DNA of 64,000 nt from an uncultured Acidobacteriota bacterium (GCA_963796275.1 CAWCKY010000006.1:2720001-2784000); one strand, 5' to 3'; shown: positions 36,901 through 48,269, counted from the stretch's first letter. A program made the numbers and translations. Notes: a model not told the origin generated them from the letters alone.

Positions 36901-39168
36901 ATGAAAAATCCGATCAGTCGCAGAGCTGTATTAAGGAACGTGGCCACCGTCGGAGCCGGAGCGCTCTTCGCCCCGATCGCCGCCGCGCAGGACAAGCCGA
37001 TCCAGATCGCCGGAAAGCCCGTGGAAGTGACCCTCACGGCAGTTACTCCGCACACCGTGCGGATCGCGATCCAGCCCCTCGAAAATGGCCAGCCCAAGCC
37101 AATCCCCCAGGACGGCGCGCTGGTCAAGGAGGACTTCGGGAAGCCTAAGGCGAAGCTGCGCGCCCTCGCCGCAAGCCGCGCCGTGAAATGTGGCAACCTC
37201 ACCGTCAGGCTCACCGGTGACCCCCTCGCCATCCGCATCGAAGGCGAGGGCGGCCGTCTCCTGCAGGACCTGCGCTTCGACGCAACCGGGAAGATGACGT
37301 TCCTCACCGGCGACGCGCCCGTCCTGGGATTGGGCCAGGGCGGGCCGCAGTTCGATAAGCGCGGCAGCCTGGACCGCATGGGCAGCGGGCAGGGCGCGTT
37401 CCAGCTCGCCACGCACGGCGCCAAGGTGCCGGTGCAGCTTGCCATTGGGACCTCCGGGTGGGCCATGTTCGTTCACCAACCCGCCGGCGCGTTCGATCTC
37501 ATCGCCAAGGGGGCCGCCGTGTTCGAGGCGCGCGACGCGGAGAACCCACTCCCGCTCGATCTGTTCGTCATCGGCGCCGCCGAGCCGTCCGCCGTCATGC
37601 GCGAATACGCGGGAATCACAGGCCTTCCCGAGATGGTGCCGCTGTGGTCATTCGGATACCAGCAGTCCCATCGCACGCTCGATTCGCCCGAGCAGATCAT
37701 CCAGGAAGCCAAGACCTTCCGTGAAAAGAAGCTGCCCTGCGATATGATGATCTATCTCGGGACCGACTTTTGTCCCAACGGCTGGAACACCCACAACGGC
37801 GAGTTCACGTGGAATGAAAAGGCCTTTCCCGATCCGCCGGGAATGATCAAACAGCTTCACGATCTCAACTTCAAAGTTGTGTTGCACACCGTGGTCGAAG
37901 GCCGCCACTTCTCCGGCACGGTGCACGATCCCTGCAAGGTCGACCCCCTCCCCAGCGGACGGCTGGCGGACGGCCGCACCTGGCCGCCCGATCGTCAGGT
38001 CCCCTGCTACTGGCCCGTGCACAAGCCGCTGCTCGATATCGGCGTCGATGGCTGGTGGCCCGATCAGGGCGATGGCTTCGACGGCCCTTCGCGCCTGCTG
38101 CGCAATCGCATGTACTTCGAAGGTCACCAGATGTACCGGCCCAACGAGCGCGTCTACGCGCTGCATCGCAATGGCTATGCCGGCATGGCGCGGTACGCGG
38201 CCTTTCTCTGGTCGGGCGATGTTCGGTCGCGATGGGAAACGCTGAAGCAACACGTCGCCGTGGGAATCAACGCCGGGCTGAGCGGCATTCCGTATTGGGG
38301 CACGGACATCGGCGGCTTCGTTCCCACGCAGGAGTTCACGGGCGAACTGTATGCCCGCTGGTTCCAGTTTGCGGCGTTCAACCCGCTGTTCCGCTCGCAT
38401 GGACGCGAGTGGCGCCTCCGCCTGCCGTGGGGCTGGAACCGCGGCGAGATCGGCGGCTTCCGTGAGACGCCGTCGTATAATCCCGATCCCGTGGAACTGC
38501 ACAACGCCGCCATAGAGCCCGTTTGCAAGAAGTATCTCGAACTGCGCTACCAGATGATGCCTTACCTCTACTCCGCCGCGAAAGAGACGTGTGAGACGGG
38601 GATGCCCATCATCCGCGCCATGTGGCTGCACTATCCGGGCGAGGCCAACGCAGTCGGACGCGGCGACCAGTATCTTTACGGCCGCGACCTTCTGGTCGCA
38701 CCCATCTTCGAGAAGGGCGCGACCTCGCGATCGGTCTACCTGCCCCGCGGCAACTGGTACGACTTCTGGACGCGCGAAGTCACCGAGGGCGGGCGCGAGA
38801 TCACCCGCCGGGTCGATCTCGAGACGATGCCCCTATACGTGCGCGCGGGCGCGATTCTTCCCATGGACCCGGTGAAGCAGTACACCTGGGAAAAGGTCGA
38901 AGCGCCGCTCACCCTGTGGGTGTATCCCGGCGCCAATGGCGCGTTCTCCTGGTATGAGGACGATGGCACCTCGTTCAATTTCCGCAAAGGTGAGTTCATG
39001 CGCGTGAACATTGCGTGGAATGACGCGCAGCGAAGGCTGACCATGCGGCTGGCCAACGGCTCGAAGATGCTGGCGCCCAACAAACGGAATATCGAGGTCC
39101 GCGTCGTCGGCCAATCAGGCGTAAAGAGCGTGGTGTTCGATGGCAAGCCGATCGATATCAGGCTGTAG
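36901..39168 (+). CDS. GH31 glycoside hydrolase with Tat signal
   Basis: SRRAVL Tat motif, GWWPDQGD nucleophile, WSGD acid/base, WGTDIGGF, LFRSHG. Confidence 0.9.
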   Translation: MKNPISRRAVLRNVATVGAGALFAPIAAAQDKPIQIAGKPVEVTLTAVTPHTVRIAIQPLENGQPKPIPQDGALVKEDFGKPKAKLRALAASRAVKCGNLTVRLTGDPLAIRIEGEGGRLLQDLRFDATGKMTFLTGDAPVLGLGQGGPQFDKRGSLDRMGSGQGAFQLATHGAKVPVQLAIGTSGWAMFVHQPAGAFDLIAKGAAVFEARDAENPLPLDLFVIGAAEPSAVMREYAGITGLPEMVPLWSFGYQQSHRTLDSPEQIIQEAKTFREKKLPCDMMIYLGTDFCPNGWNTHNGEFTWNEKAFPDPPGMIKQLHDLNFKVVLHTVVEGRHFSGTVHDPCKVDPLPSGRLADGRTWPPDRQVPCYWPVHKPLLDIGVDGWWPDQGDGFDGPSRLLRNRMYFEGHQMYRPNERVYALHRNGYAGMARYAAFLWSGDVRSRWETLKQHVAVGINAGLSGIPYWGTDIGGFVPTQEFTGELYARWFQFAAFNPLFRSHGREWRLRLPWGWNRGEIGGFRETPSYNPDPVELHNAAIEPVCKKYLELRYQMMPYLYSAAKETCETGMPIIRAMWLHYPGEANAVGRGDQYLYGRDLLVAPIFEKGATSRSVYLPRGNWYDFWTREVTEGGREITRRVDLETMPLYVRAGAILPMDPVKQYTWEKVEAPLTLWVYPGANGAFSWYEDDGTSFNFRKGEFMRVNIAWNDAQRRLTMRLANGSKMLAPNKRNIEVRVVGQSGVKSVVFDGKPIDIRL

Positions 39169-39185
39169 AAGCTTGTGGAAGAACC

Positions 39186-39264
39186 ATCCGATAGGCGCCG
39201 ATAAACGCAGATCAACGCCGATTAGATATTGTTTGCAATCTGCCTACATCAGCATTCATTGCAG
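39186..39264. repeat. 10-bp periodic repeat with degenerate inverted copy
   Basis: CGCCGAT/CGCAGAT/CGCCGAT at 39196, 39206, 39216; ATCTGC/ATCAGC at 39238, 39248. Confidence 0.55.
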
Positions 39265-39352
39265 GAAGCGGCTGGCCGTGCGTTCTCAATGGCACTGGAT
39301 CCATACTCAGACAAGTCTTGGTAAGATCGATGCTCTCTCGTCGAAACGGATT

Positions 39353-42300
39353 TCACCAGATGAATCGTAGAGCTAGCTGAATGTCACGATTGTCCGCGAT
39401 GGTTTCTGTAATTGTGCCGAACTGAGGCGTGTTGAATGTCCTGTTGGGAATCTGAAATTGTGGTGTATTGAAAAGGTTGAAGAATTCTGCGCGGAATTGC
39501 AGCTTTCGTTTTCCGTCCGAGTCAAAGAAAATGTCTTTGAATACCGAAAGGTCGACATTTTTGAGGGATGGGCCTGTGCCGACGTTGCGGCCCGTATTTC
39601 CAAAGGCAAAACCTTCTGGAATCTTGAATGCTTCGGGATTCAGCCACTGATTAACCGAGCGCTCTTCGGAAGGAAGTTCAGGTGAGATACCGGTTGAGTC
39701 AGGCCGGATATTGGATGAACCTGAGTTGGAATGATCAAACGGTGAATTGATCGTGAAGGCGCGTCCGCTCTGATAGGAGACTATTCCGTTAATCTGCCAC
39801 CCACCAACCAGGCGATTCCAACCATGAGTTATGTTTCCGCCTAACGCACGTCCACGGCCAATTGGAAGTTCCCACAAGTAGCTCAGTATCAGGCGATGAC
39901 GGACATCTTGGAATGACCGTGAACGTTCAGCCCGATAGTTAGATTGATCTTGCAGGTTTCCCGTTCCACTTGTGGTTGCAAGCTGGGTCGAATCGGAATC
40001 GTCAATTGCTTTGGCCCACGTGTGTGACAGCAGGAACATATGGCCGAGTGAAAGTCTCTTCTCCACTTTCGTTTGCAGTCCGTGATAGATCGAGTTTCCA
40101 CGTGGTTCCTGGAATGTGATGCTGCCCCATCCTGGGAATATCCGGCGGCTGTTTACCGAAGCGGGTCCTGGGGCAGGTTGATTGATGTTGCGGTTCGCCA
40201 TCAATTTGTTGGCCTTGTTTCCGACGTAAGCTACCTCGAAGGAGAAATCACGGATTTGCCGGCCAAGAGTAAAGTTCCACTGCTGGCTGTAAGCCGCAGG
40301 GAAATCGTATGGACGGCCGTTTATATTCAGAAACAAATTGCTGAACACGCCATCGGCAAACCCAACTGGAGGGAAACCTTGCACAGGCCGGAGTGCCGTT
40401 GCGGGATCCAATTGATTACTCGGATAGGTGAAGCTACCAGAGAAAGGAGGATTGAACGCCGGATTATGATGTCCCGCATCTTCCAGAGTATAAAACACAC
40501 CGTAGCCAGCGCGGATTACTGTTCGCTGATTCAGTTGGTAGGCAATTCCGAAACGCGGGGCAAAATTGTTTCGATCAGGTCGAGCTAAGGCTCGATCCTC
40601 TAGTGAACCGGCTTTGGGGAGAACAATGCTATTCGTAGCAATGTCGAAGTTTGCCATTCTGTTAGCCACCTCCGTCACCGGGGTTGTGTATTCGTAGCGC
40701 ACGCCCATATTTATGGTGAGACGGCTGGACACCTTCCAGTCATCCTGCAGAAAGCCGCTGTAGTTGCGAATCCGGATGCCCGCTCGCACGTTGGTTCCAA
40801 TCGAGGCCGAATCCGGGAAACCTAACAGAAAGTCGGCAAATGGATTTCCCGTGTCTGTGCGAGAAAGCGGATCTTGGCTGAATACGCCAGTGTATGAGTA
40901 AGAGCCGCGTGGCGAACTGCCTTGGCCCAAGTTGAACTGTGTTCTGCGATGGTCAAAGCCCATCTTAAGGCTATGCCGTCCCAAAATGATGGTGATGTTA
41001 TCCAGAATGTGAAATACGGTCTGTCCCCGCCGCGTATCAAAGGCGTCCCCCAGGGCGGAAAACCCGGTAATATTGACAACCGAGAGACCGTTGGATTGAG
41101 GATCCGATGGAACGCCGCTAATTCCAAAATCGGCCGCAAGATTCTGCCCGTTGCTCTGCGGGGTTACCGTAGCATAGAGCCGGTTGAAGCCGAAGCGTGA
41201 TTCGTTCACTATCCGTTGTGAAAACGTGTGCGTATGGCTCAGCACTGCGCCGCGGTTATTAATCACCTGCGGAAGAAACTCTTGCGCAGCGAAGTATCCG
41301 TTGTAGGGCAGGTCGGGAATGTCGAGCGGAACAGCAAAATTGCGGTCTCCCCGGCTAAACCGGAACATAAACGAGTCACGCTCGCTCATTTCATGATCCA
41401 GTTTGATATCGCCTTGATCATTATTGTCGGTGTATTTCGGATTCAAAATGTAATTATTGGCAACACCTGGAAGGTTTGGTTCCGGATAGAGAGCCAGAAA
41501 CTTCTGCATGACGGGATCCAATCGATCTGCAGGGATGCGATTACCTTCGAATGGCTGCCGAATTGTTCGGCCCTCGGAATCAACCCTTGTCTTATCCGGA
41601 TCAAAAATGGGCGCAAGGCCGGAGAAATCGCCGTTACGCATCGCATTGGTTGGCACTGTGAAGATTCGTGTTAAGCCTTTGCGAATGCGTGTTCCCTGGT
41701 AGTCAGCGAAAAAGAAGGTCCGATTTCGTCCGTTATACAATTTCGGAATGTAAACCGGGCCGCCCATCGCCCCGCCGAATTGGTTCTGTTGAAAGGCTGG
41801 CCGTTCACGGCCCACGTTAAAGAAGTTGTTTGCGTCAAGTTTGTCATTGCGAAGAAACTCGAACAGCACTCCGTGAAATTGGTTGCTCCCGGAACGCAAA
41901 CTGATATTTATTGTTCCGCCCAGGCCTCTCCCGAATTCGGCGGATAGCAGGTTTGATTGCACCTTGAACTCAGCGATCGCATCGGGAGACGGCAATATCG
42001 GCGCCTGGTTATTATCAGTCGTGTTGTTGTTGATGCCGTCCAGCAGAAAATTATTATTCTGAATTCGATTCCCGTTGATTCCAATAAAAAAATCTTGATA
42101 AAGCGAATTGTTTTTCTGAGGTATATACGCACCAGGAGTCAGCGCGATGAGTTGAACAAAATTTCGGCCATTAAGTGGCAACTCTGAAACAGGCTTTGTA
42201 GCAATTACCTGGCCGAGCGAAGTCGTCTCGGATTGCAGTAACGGCGCCTTGGCGCTAACTTCGATTGTTTCCGATACCTGTCCTACTTCCATGAGGAAAT

Positions 42301-42613
42301 CAACTCGAATACGGTCCTGCACTCGCAGGAGAATATTTTCACGGACACTCTTCTTAAATCCGCTTGCCTCTACCGAAATCGTGTACATGCCGATCCGAAG
42401 TGGAGTAGCGACGAAGAGTCCATTACTATCGGTGTTAACCGTCATGCTGGCATTGGTTCCGGCATTCACCAATGCAACTGCCGCGTTTGGAATGGGAGAA
42501 CCGCTCGGGTCGGTGATAACGCCGGTGATAATCCCAGTGTCCTGCTGTGCAAAGCAGATCGAACCACACAGAAGGTAGATTGAAAGGAGAACGTTACTGC
42601 AAAAACGTGGCAT
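39353..42613 (-). CDS. Oar-like TonB-dependent receptor
   Basis: LPLNGRNF, RSGSNQFHG, QDDWKV, FAPRFG, FRAEFFN, C-terminal RFIW; GGAGG before ATG 42613. Confidence 0.93.
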   Translation of the reverse strand: MPRFCSNVLLSIYLLCGSICFAQQDTGIITGVITDPSGSPIPNAAVALVNAGTNASMTVNTDSNGLFVATPLRIGMYTISVEASGFKKSVRENILLRVQDRIRVDFLMEVGQVSETIEVSAKAPLLQSETTSLGQVIATKPVSELPLNGRNFVQLIALTPGAYIPQKNNSLYQDFFIGINGNRIQNNNFLLDGINNNTTDNNQAPILPSPDAIAEFKVQSNLLSAEFGRGLGGTINISLRSGSNQFHGVLFEFLRNDKLDANNFFNVGRERPAFQQNQFGGAMGGPVYIPKLYNGRNRTFFFADYQGTRIRKGLTRIFTVPTNAMRNGDFSGLAPIFDPDKTRVDSEGRTIRQPFEGNRIPADRLDPVMQKFLALYPEPNLPGVANNYILNPKYTDNNDQGDIKLDHEMSERDSFMFRFSRGDRNFAVPLDIPDLPYNGYFAAQEFLPQVINNRGAVLSHTHTFSQRIVNESRFGFNRLYATVTPQSNGQNLAADFGISGVPSDPQSNGLSVVNITGFSALGDAFDTRRGQTVFHILDNITIILGRHSLKMGFDHRRTQFNLGQGSSPRGSYSYTGVFSQDPLSRTDTGNPFADFLLGFPDSASIGTNVRAGIRIRNYSGFLQDDWKVSSRLTINMGVRYEYTTPVTEVANRMANFDIATNSIVLPKAGSLEDRALARPDRNNFAPRFGIAYQLNQRTVIRAGYGVFYTLEDAGHHNPAFNPPFSGSFTYPSNQLDPATALRPVQGFPPVGFADGVFSNLFLNINGRPYDFPAAYSQQWNFTLGRQIRDFSFEVAYVGNKANKLMANRNINQPAPGPASVNSRRIFPGWGSITFQEPRGNSIYHGLQTKVEKRLSLGHMFLLSHTWAKAIDDSDSTQLATTSGTGNLQDQSNYRAERSRSFQDVRHRLILSYLWELPIGRGRALGGNITHGWNRLVGGWQINGIVSYQSGRAFTINSPFDHSNSGSSNIRPDSTGISPELPSEERSVNQWLNPEAFKIPEGFAFGNTGRNVGTGPSLKNVDLSVFKDIFFDSDGKRKLQFRAEFFNLFNTPQFQIPNRTFNTPQFGTITETIADNRDIQLALRFIW

Positions 42614-43154
42614 AGTACCTCCTAGGTATTGCCGGCCTATCATATGTCATATGGATGACTGGCGGTGCAGTAGCTGCACGGGCCAGCCTCCGGCTTAACT
42701 GATAATGAGCTTCGGAGAGCTGTGGGTATTTTGTGAAGACCTTACGCAGAACCTGTTCCGCCCGGTTTTATTCCTTCGTATCAATCAATGCCTGCCAAGA
42801 ACTTGCAAGAGATGCGGGTCAGGATCGATCTTGCGCCGTGTTCGAGCCGTTCGCGCGATTCATTGGGCTGACCGGCTTCCGCCACAATTTCGACCAGGCT
42901 CAGGAAAGCCCAAGAGTAGGGCTTTTTCGCCAACATACTTTCGTCAATGGTGGCGATTTAGAGCCTCACCTCGTGGAAACTCCACTTCGTACCGTAATCC
43001 TAAGTTGAACCATTAATAAAGAAAGATTGACCAAACACCTAGAAACTCTCGATTGGCAATCTATCTAGCAGACTACTACTGATTAGGCCCATCATAATGA
43101 TCATAATTAACCAACGTCAAGAAAAAATCTGCTAAAGTTGTTACATATGAAAAT

Positions 43155-43355
43155 ATGTGTTGTTTAATTCGCACAATAAAGATATTCGAAATAGAACTTG
43201 TATTCTGGCATCGGGAAAGGTCGGACTGGCCAAAAAGAAGAACTCTGAAGTTGTTTAGAGACTGGTTTGAAATCTTAGACCATTCAGAAGTAATAGATAT
43301 CGGCCAGGGACAAATAACGAAGGAAGAGTTTGACTGGAAAGCGGAAATTTTATAG
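43155..43355 (+). pseudogene. Probable C-terminal fragment of a small conserved hypothetical protein
   Basis: IFE.EL..W....WP..RT...F..WF pattern in an AT-rich patch. Confidence 0.4.
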
Positions 43356-43514
43356 ACGACGGCAATGCGGAATAAATAGTACTACCGTGCGCAGTAGGCC
43401 AATATATGTCATGCGAACGCTTAACGAGTTGATCAACGAGAAAGAATCGGCGATACGGATGATCAGGGAACCTGTTATCCCTGTCATGAGATTAGGTTCC
43501 GTCGCAGGTAAGTC

Positions 43515-44393
43515 TTACCAAGTGGATCGCATCCACTCGACGCAACGTCGCAAATGTTCGCGCATCACTTCTCCCGGATCGTGATGGATGCGCCCGTGGC
43601 CGGGCAACACCCATTCGAACTTGTATCGCAGCAGCTTCTCCATCGAACGTGTTTGCTCCGAGCGCGAATACCAGTTCACGTTGCGAAACGCAGTCAGCGT
43701 CCGCTTCGCCGGCGACCACGCCAGGTGATCGCCGGTGAAGAGAAACTTCTCCCTATAGAGCAACACCAGATGACCGCGCGTGTGGCCCGGCGTAGGGATG
43801 ACAAGAAGGTCGTCATCCAATCGCTCCTCTTCTTCGCCTACGAGGACGCGCTCTATGCCGAGCTGAACCGCGCCGTCCGCCTCGCTCATCACGCGCGTGC
43901 AGCCGAACTCCCGGGCGAAGGCCGCGTGATCGGCAATATCGTCCTTATGCGTCAGGAACATCGTCCTGACGCCGCCGAGCTCTTTGATCCTTCGAACGAG
44001 CGGCGCGGCAAAGCGCGGCGAATCAACCAACACGTTACCGCCCGCTTCATCCGGGCGCGCGATCAGATAGCTCCACGCCCCATAGCTCGATTCGGAAGTG
44101 AAGCCGCAGAAGTAGACGTTTTCGGAGATGAGCGAGGGGAAAGAAGCGACGGTCCGGCTAAGGTCGTGTTTCGCGAGCGTACCGATGGACGCGGTCGGAC
44201 AGGAGACCAAAGCCTTGAGAGCCTGGCTGATCTCCGGCTCCGTCTCCGGCTGCAGGTAGACGCTTGATTGATCGCCGTGGTCGCGAAAATGCGTGGGCGC
44301 GATCTGGCGGCACGTGTCGCAGTCAATACACGAATCGTCAACGAAGAAATCGCCTGCGATGTTCTGCGGCAATCGCCGCGTCCGGTCAGCCAT
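43515..44393 (-). CDS. Ferredoxin-fused metallo-beta-lactamase-fold hydrolase
   Basis: CIDCDTC...CP ferredoxin; THKDDIADH, PGHTRGH, TGDH, PGHG. Confidence 0.9.
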   Translation of the reverse strand: MADRTRRLPQNIAGDFFVDDSCIDCDTCRQIAPTHFRDHGDQSSVYLQPETEPEISQALKALVSCPTASIGTLAKHDLSRTVASFPSLISENVYFCGFTSESSYGAWSYLIARPDEAGGNVLVDSPRFAAPLVRRIKELGGVRTMFLTHKDDIADHAAFAREFGCTRVMSEADGAVQLGIERVLVGEEEERLDDDLLVIPTPGHTRGHLVLLYREKFLFTGDHLAWSPAKRTLTAFRNVNWYSRSEQTRSMEKLLRYKFEWVLPGHGRIHHDPGEVMREHLRRCVEWMRSTW

Positions 44394-44662
44394 GTGCCCC
44401 TCTATAATTTACACAACTTGTCGGAAAGTTGAATTAACATTATGGGCTTGGGCCAGGCACGAGTACAAATTGGGTTTATCAACCATCGACTCATTATTGG
44501 AAGTGAACCGCCCAGGGCAATTCAGTTTGATTTCATCCCTATTCTTTTGCCATGCATCGCTACGCTGGAAAGACTGATCGGAGCGTGAGCAGGTGGCTAT
44601 CTTCGTGGAATTTAGTCTGCGGCTGACTTTGAGATTTCGGCTGTCACGCTAGTCCGGCGCGA

Positions 44663-44975
44663 TCATTTTTTCCGGATCAATTTTATTCTCCCATTTGCCC
44701 CCCCAGCTCTCATCTCTTTCCATGATCCTTCGAACTGATCATTCGTCAATCTCAGGTCCGCCTTGAAAGTCTGCTCTCCGTTGAATACTTTGAAGGAGTA
44801 TGTTTCGCGGTCTTTACCAACTTCCGTCTCGACATGCCTCCATTCTTTATGCGCGCCGTCGATATTGAAGATCGGCTTTCCGAACCCTCGATGGCCATCG
44901 ACGATCAACTCGCCCTTGGTTTCAGTTCCGTCGTTCGCAAGCAAAGACACAACCCAGGTGCCTGTGATCCGCGTC
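44663..44975 (-). pseudogene. Orphan C-terminal fragment directly after blaI-like gene
   Basis: Coding-like frame ITGTWVV...FEGSW..GRIKLIRKK with no good start; possibly the tail of a deleted BlaR1/M56 partner (inference). Confidence 0.4.
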
Positions 44976-45344
44976 TCAACGCTCCTTGGCCTTGAGCATT
45001 CGATGGAGCCGCGCCAACTTTTCCGGTGTCGGGTGGTGCGATTCCACCAGGCTCATGACTCGGCTCTCAGACCATCCGCCGAATAACCGGTCTATCAAGT
45101 CCCTCCCGGCTGCCTGATCCCGACTCACCACCGGACGATAGTAATATGAATGGTCCTTAAGCGTGCGCTTGGCTTTTCTCTTCCGCACTATTTCGTTGAG
45201 AATAGTCTGTACCGTGGTATGGGCCAGCTCCAGTTCTAGCCGCTGCCCCCCTATCTGCACCGTCGCAGGACTGATCTTCCAACGCACATTCATGATCTCG
45301 GTTTCGAGAGGTGTCAGCCGGTCGCTCTGTTTTCTCGGCGCCAT
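44976..45344 (-). CDS. BlaI/MecI/CopY family repressor
   Basis: LTPLETEIMN..W, TTVQTIL, YYYRPVVSR, LIDRLFGG. Confidence 0.85.
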   Translation of the reverse strand: MAPRKQSDRLTPLETEIMNVRWKISPATVQIGGQRLELELAHTTVQTILNEIVRKRKAKRTLKDHSYYYRPVVSRDQAAGRDLIDRLFGGWSESRVMSLVESHHPTPEKLARLHRMLKAKER

Positions 45345-45349
45345 GGAAA

Positions 45350-45413
45350 TAGTCTCCTATATTTTTAGGAGACTACTTGCCTGGCGGAAGTTTGTCAACT
45401 AAAAATTTAGGAG
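45350..45413 (-). promoter_or_regulatory. Sigma70 promoter with overlapping palindromic operator
   Basis: TTGACA(45398-45393)-N17-TAGTCT; perfect TAGTCTCCTA-N6-TAGGAGACTA over -10 and SD; second CTA-N6-TAGGAG at -35. Confidence 0.75.
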
Positions 45414-45867
45414 GGGATAAACTACTGTCATGATCCCCGGAGAGCAATTTTGCAATGAGTTCTTTCGCCCGGTGGGAATGAGGTGGGATATCTCGGATGC
45501 CGGCCCACTTGTTATTCCGAGAAGACCTATGGCAAATGGGCCTTTTGATGTTTTCTCCTTCTGGAGACAATGACTCGATCGATGATTTTCCGGCCTGTGC
45601 TTTTTTGCCGAAGGACACGAAGTCTCTGGAAACAGCGCTAAGTGAAGTTCGAACTTAGCGGGTTAAGCTGGTACAAGTCAGCTTATAAACATACAAGACG
45701 CCGGGCTCCAATCAATGTATTACTAACGCGGTTCGCAGATTATCGGTTTGCGGCGCTGGATCACGGTGAAGGCGTCGTTCCAGCTTTCTCCAGGAAGCGG
45801 GCCTGACTACTTATCGTAGCGCGTCTGGCAGGCCTGAATGCTTGCAAATCGCAGCTGAGGAGGTGCT

Positions 45868-48166
45868 ATGAAGAAGAGCAGTCGGATTTACTTAACCAGC
45901 GGAGGACTGATGGCGATCGGCGTTCTGTTGTCCTTCTGCGGAGTCTATTTGCAGACCCCTATCGCGCAGACGCAAGGGCGGCAGGGGCCGGGACGGTCAA
46001 TCGGAGCGATCAGAACGCAAGAAAACCTGATCGTCATGACCCTGGATGAAGGTGTCCTCGGGAAAGCCAACTTATTCGACCTCGTGGGGCGCACACTGCG
46101 CTTCACACCGGAAGGAACTGGCTACCGCGCGGAGAATGTAGCGCTCAAGTGGGACCCTGAATTCGGCGCCGCGCTCACCGGCGCCCAGGTGGCGTTACGC
46201 AATTTCTCGTTCCCTTATTCCGGCAAGAATTGGGAATCGTTTTCCGTAGGCGTGACCGGATCGATCAGCTTCGGCGCAGTCCAAGGTAGCGGTGGCGAAG
46301 GCTCCGCTGGTATTAGCCGCGGCGGCGGCGTTGTCATTGACCGATTCGCTCAATTGCAAGATGCCTCGCGTTCGCTAATCAACAGGGTCCCGGCGATCTG
46401 TGTGTTCTTTAAGCCACGCATGACCGGCGCTCGCTACGTAAAGGAATTGGCTGACCGGGTTTTACTCACCTGGAGCCTGACCGAGCCGGTGGGCGGGATT
46501 CAGGACTTCACCTGGGTTCCGACGGTCAACCGCTTTCAGGCGGTGCTGTGGAAAGATGGGACGATTGAATTGTCATACGAGCAGGTGGCTGCGAAGGACG
46601 CGATTGTCGGCCTCTACCCGCTGGTCACTACCGGCTCGGAAAAAGAACTCGCGCAGATCAGCGACGAGGAGGAGTCGGCTGCCGCCGCGCACCTCGATCT
46701 CAAGGGCATGAAAGTAACGGTGGTGGACGGCCTCTTCTTGAAGATCACGTTAGAGATGCGCGGCCCCGTCTTGCCGGAAGGCGATCCAGAGTTGGTGGGC
46801 CTTACATACCGGATCGCTTTCGATAAGCACAAACCACCTCCCACAAGTGGGGAAAGCGCCCGCCCTGACGCCATCTGGACGATTCGAGGCTTTGGCCGCG
46901 GCGGTCGTAGCGCCGGTGTGCCTCGGTACACAGCCACCGGTCCCGGCGTCTTTCCGGTCGTGAAGACGAGCGGAAACAGCCTCTCGCTGCAAGGCATGCT
47001 GCCTGCAGCTTTCAGGGCAGGGGAGCAGATTGCCATCATCGCTGATGTCCAAACTCCGGGCGCCCCACCTTTGACTGCAGACCAAATTCCGCCGTGTATT
47101 GTGACGCTGGCCGGAATCCGTAGCCCCGAGATAGACCTCTCCTCGGTGAAGACGGCAGGATGGCCCGTTCGCAATGATCTACGAATCGTTTCACTACCTG
47201 GCCTTGCCCAATCCAAGGGATATGACTTGCACGGTCATCAAGGCTCTGGGCGACAAATTCGATTTTCTGGCGTATTACTCCGACTTCCGAGTGGACAATC
47301 AGGAGGCGGGAACACCCAGCACTGGCCCACTGGGTGGCGGCCCCGCGGGCGGCGCGGTGACCGGGATCGGCGCGACGCAAAGAGGACTGGAGAGTTACTG
47401 TAGCTCAGGCAGGTTTCAATGGCAGTTCGTGCAGCCGGTCTATGTCGGCTCCAATCAAATGCAGGAACGGCCACCCGATGGGACGACGGACTCCAGTAAC
47501 CGTAACGTTGCGTTCTACAATCAACAAATCGGCAAGCGGTCATATGATGGGAAGCTATTGCCGTACAACTATGCAATGTCGCAGCTTACGCATGAGATGG
47601 GCCATCGCTGGTCGGCCTTCGTTTCGGCGAAAGTGAATGACGAGACAATCCCTCTCGGCCCCACGCACTGGGCCAGAGGATTGCACGCGCCTGTGGCCTT
47701 TCCATATCAACGACCAACGGAAGCGTCGGCGATGGGTGGTGGAGTCTGGCAGGACAATTTCGATGGTACGTATACCCAGCTCGACGATGACTACTATGTT
47801 CCGGCTACCGGATGGTCGTACCTTGACCTCTACCTCATGGGCTTGATTGCTCCGACTGAAGTGCCTGACTTCTTCATCTTGAGGAATCTGGCTGCGGTCG
47901 GAAAAGATTCAAACGGCCACCCCATCTACAAGGCCGACCGGACAAAAGTGAGCATTAAGGATGTGATTGCAGCAGAGGGGCCGCGCATGCCCGATGTAGA
48001 TCACGCGCAGAAGAAGTTCAACACCGGCATTGTGGTGATCGTTGAACATGGAGCCAAGCCGAGCAAGGAGTTGATTGAGCGCGCCAACGGGATTCGAGAA
48101 AGATGGATTGATTACTGGGCGACAACCACCGGGCACCGCTCCTCAATGACCACGAGTCCCAGGTGA
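45868..48166 (+). CDS. Secreted protein with nidogen-like segment and HExxH zincin motif, split by one extra base at about 47152
   Basis: Signal peptide, NRFQAVLWKDGTIELSY, THEMGHRW, DLYLMGL; frames join as SSVK-RQDGPFAMIYESFHY. Confidence 0.7.
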
Positions 48167-48269
48167 GTTGTAACCGGCGGCGCCTTGCGGAGAAACTGTC
48201 TTCTGCCCGCTAGACGCCGTTTATTCGAGCGACCTGGCCGTACCTGCCGGACAGCCCGAGCGATAGTCA

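Noticed and set aside
35228-36904. Long antisense ORFs (also 31485-32780, 60453-61679, 56051-57154)
   Set aside because: Shadows of real genes in GC-rich DNA with no motifs
42690-42990. Possible TPR remnant on minus strand
   Set aside because: Only a weak AEQVLRK..YPQLSEAHYQL pattern among stops
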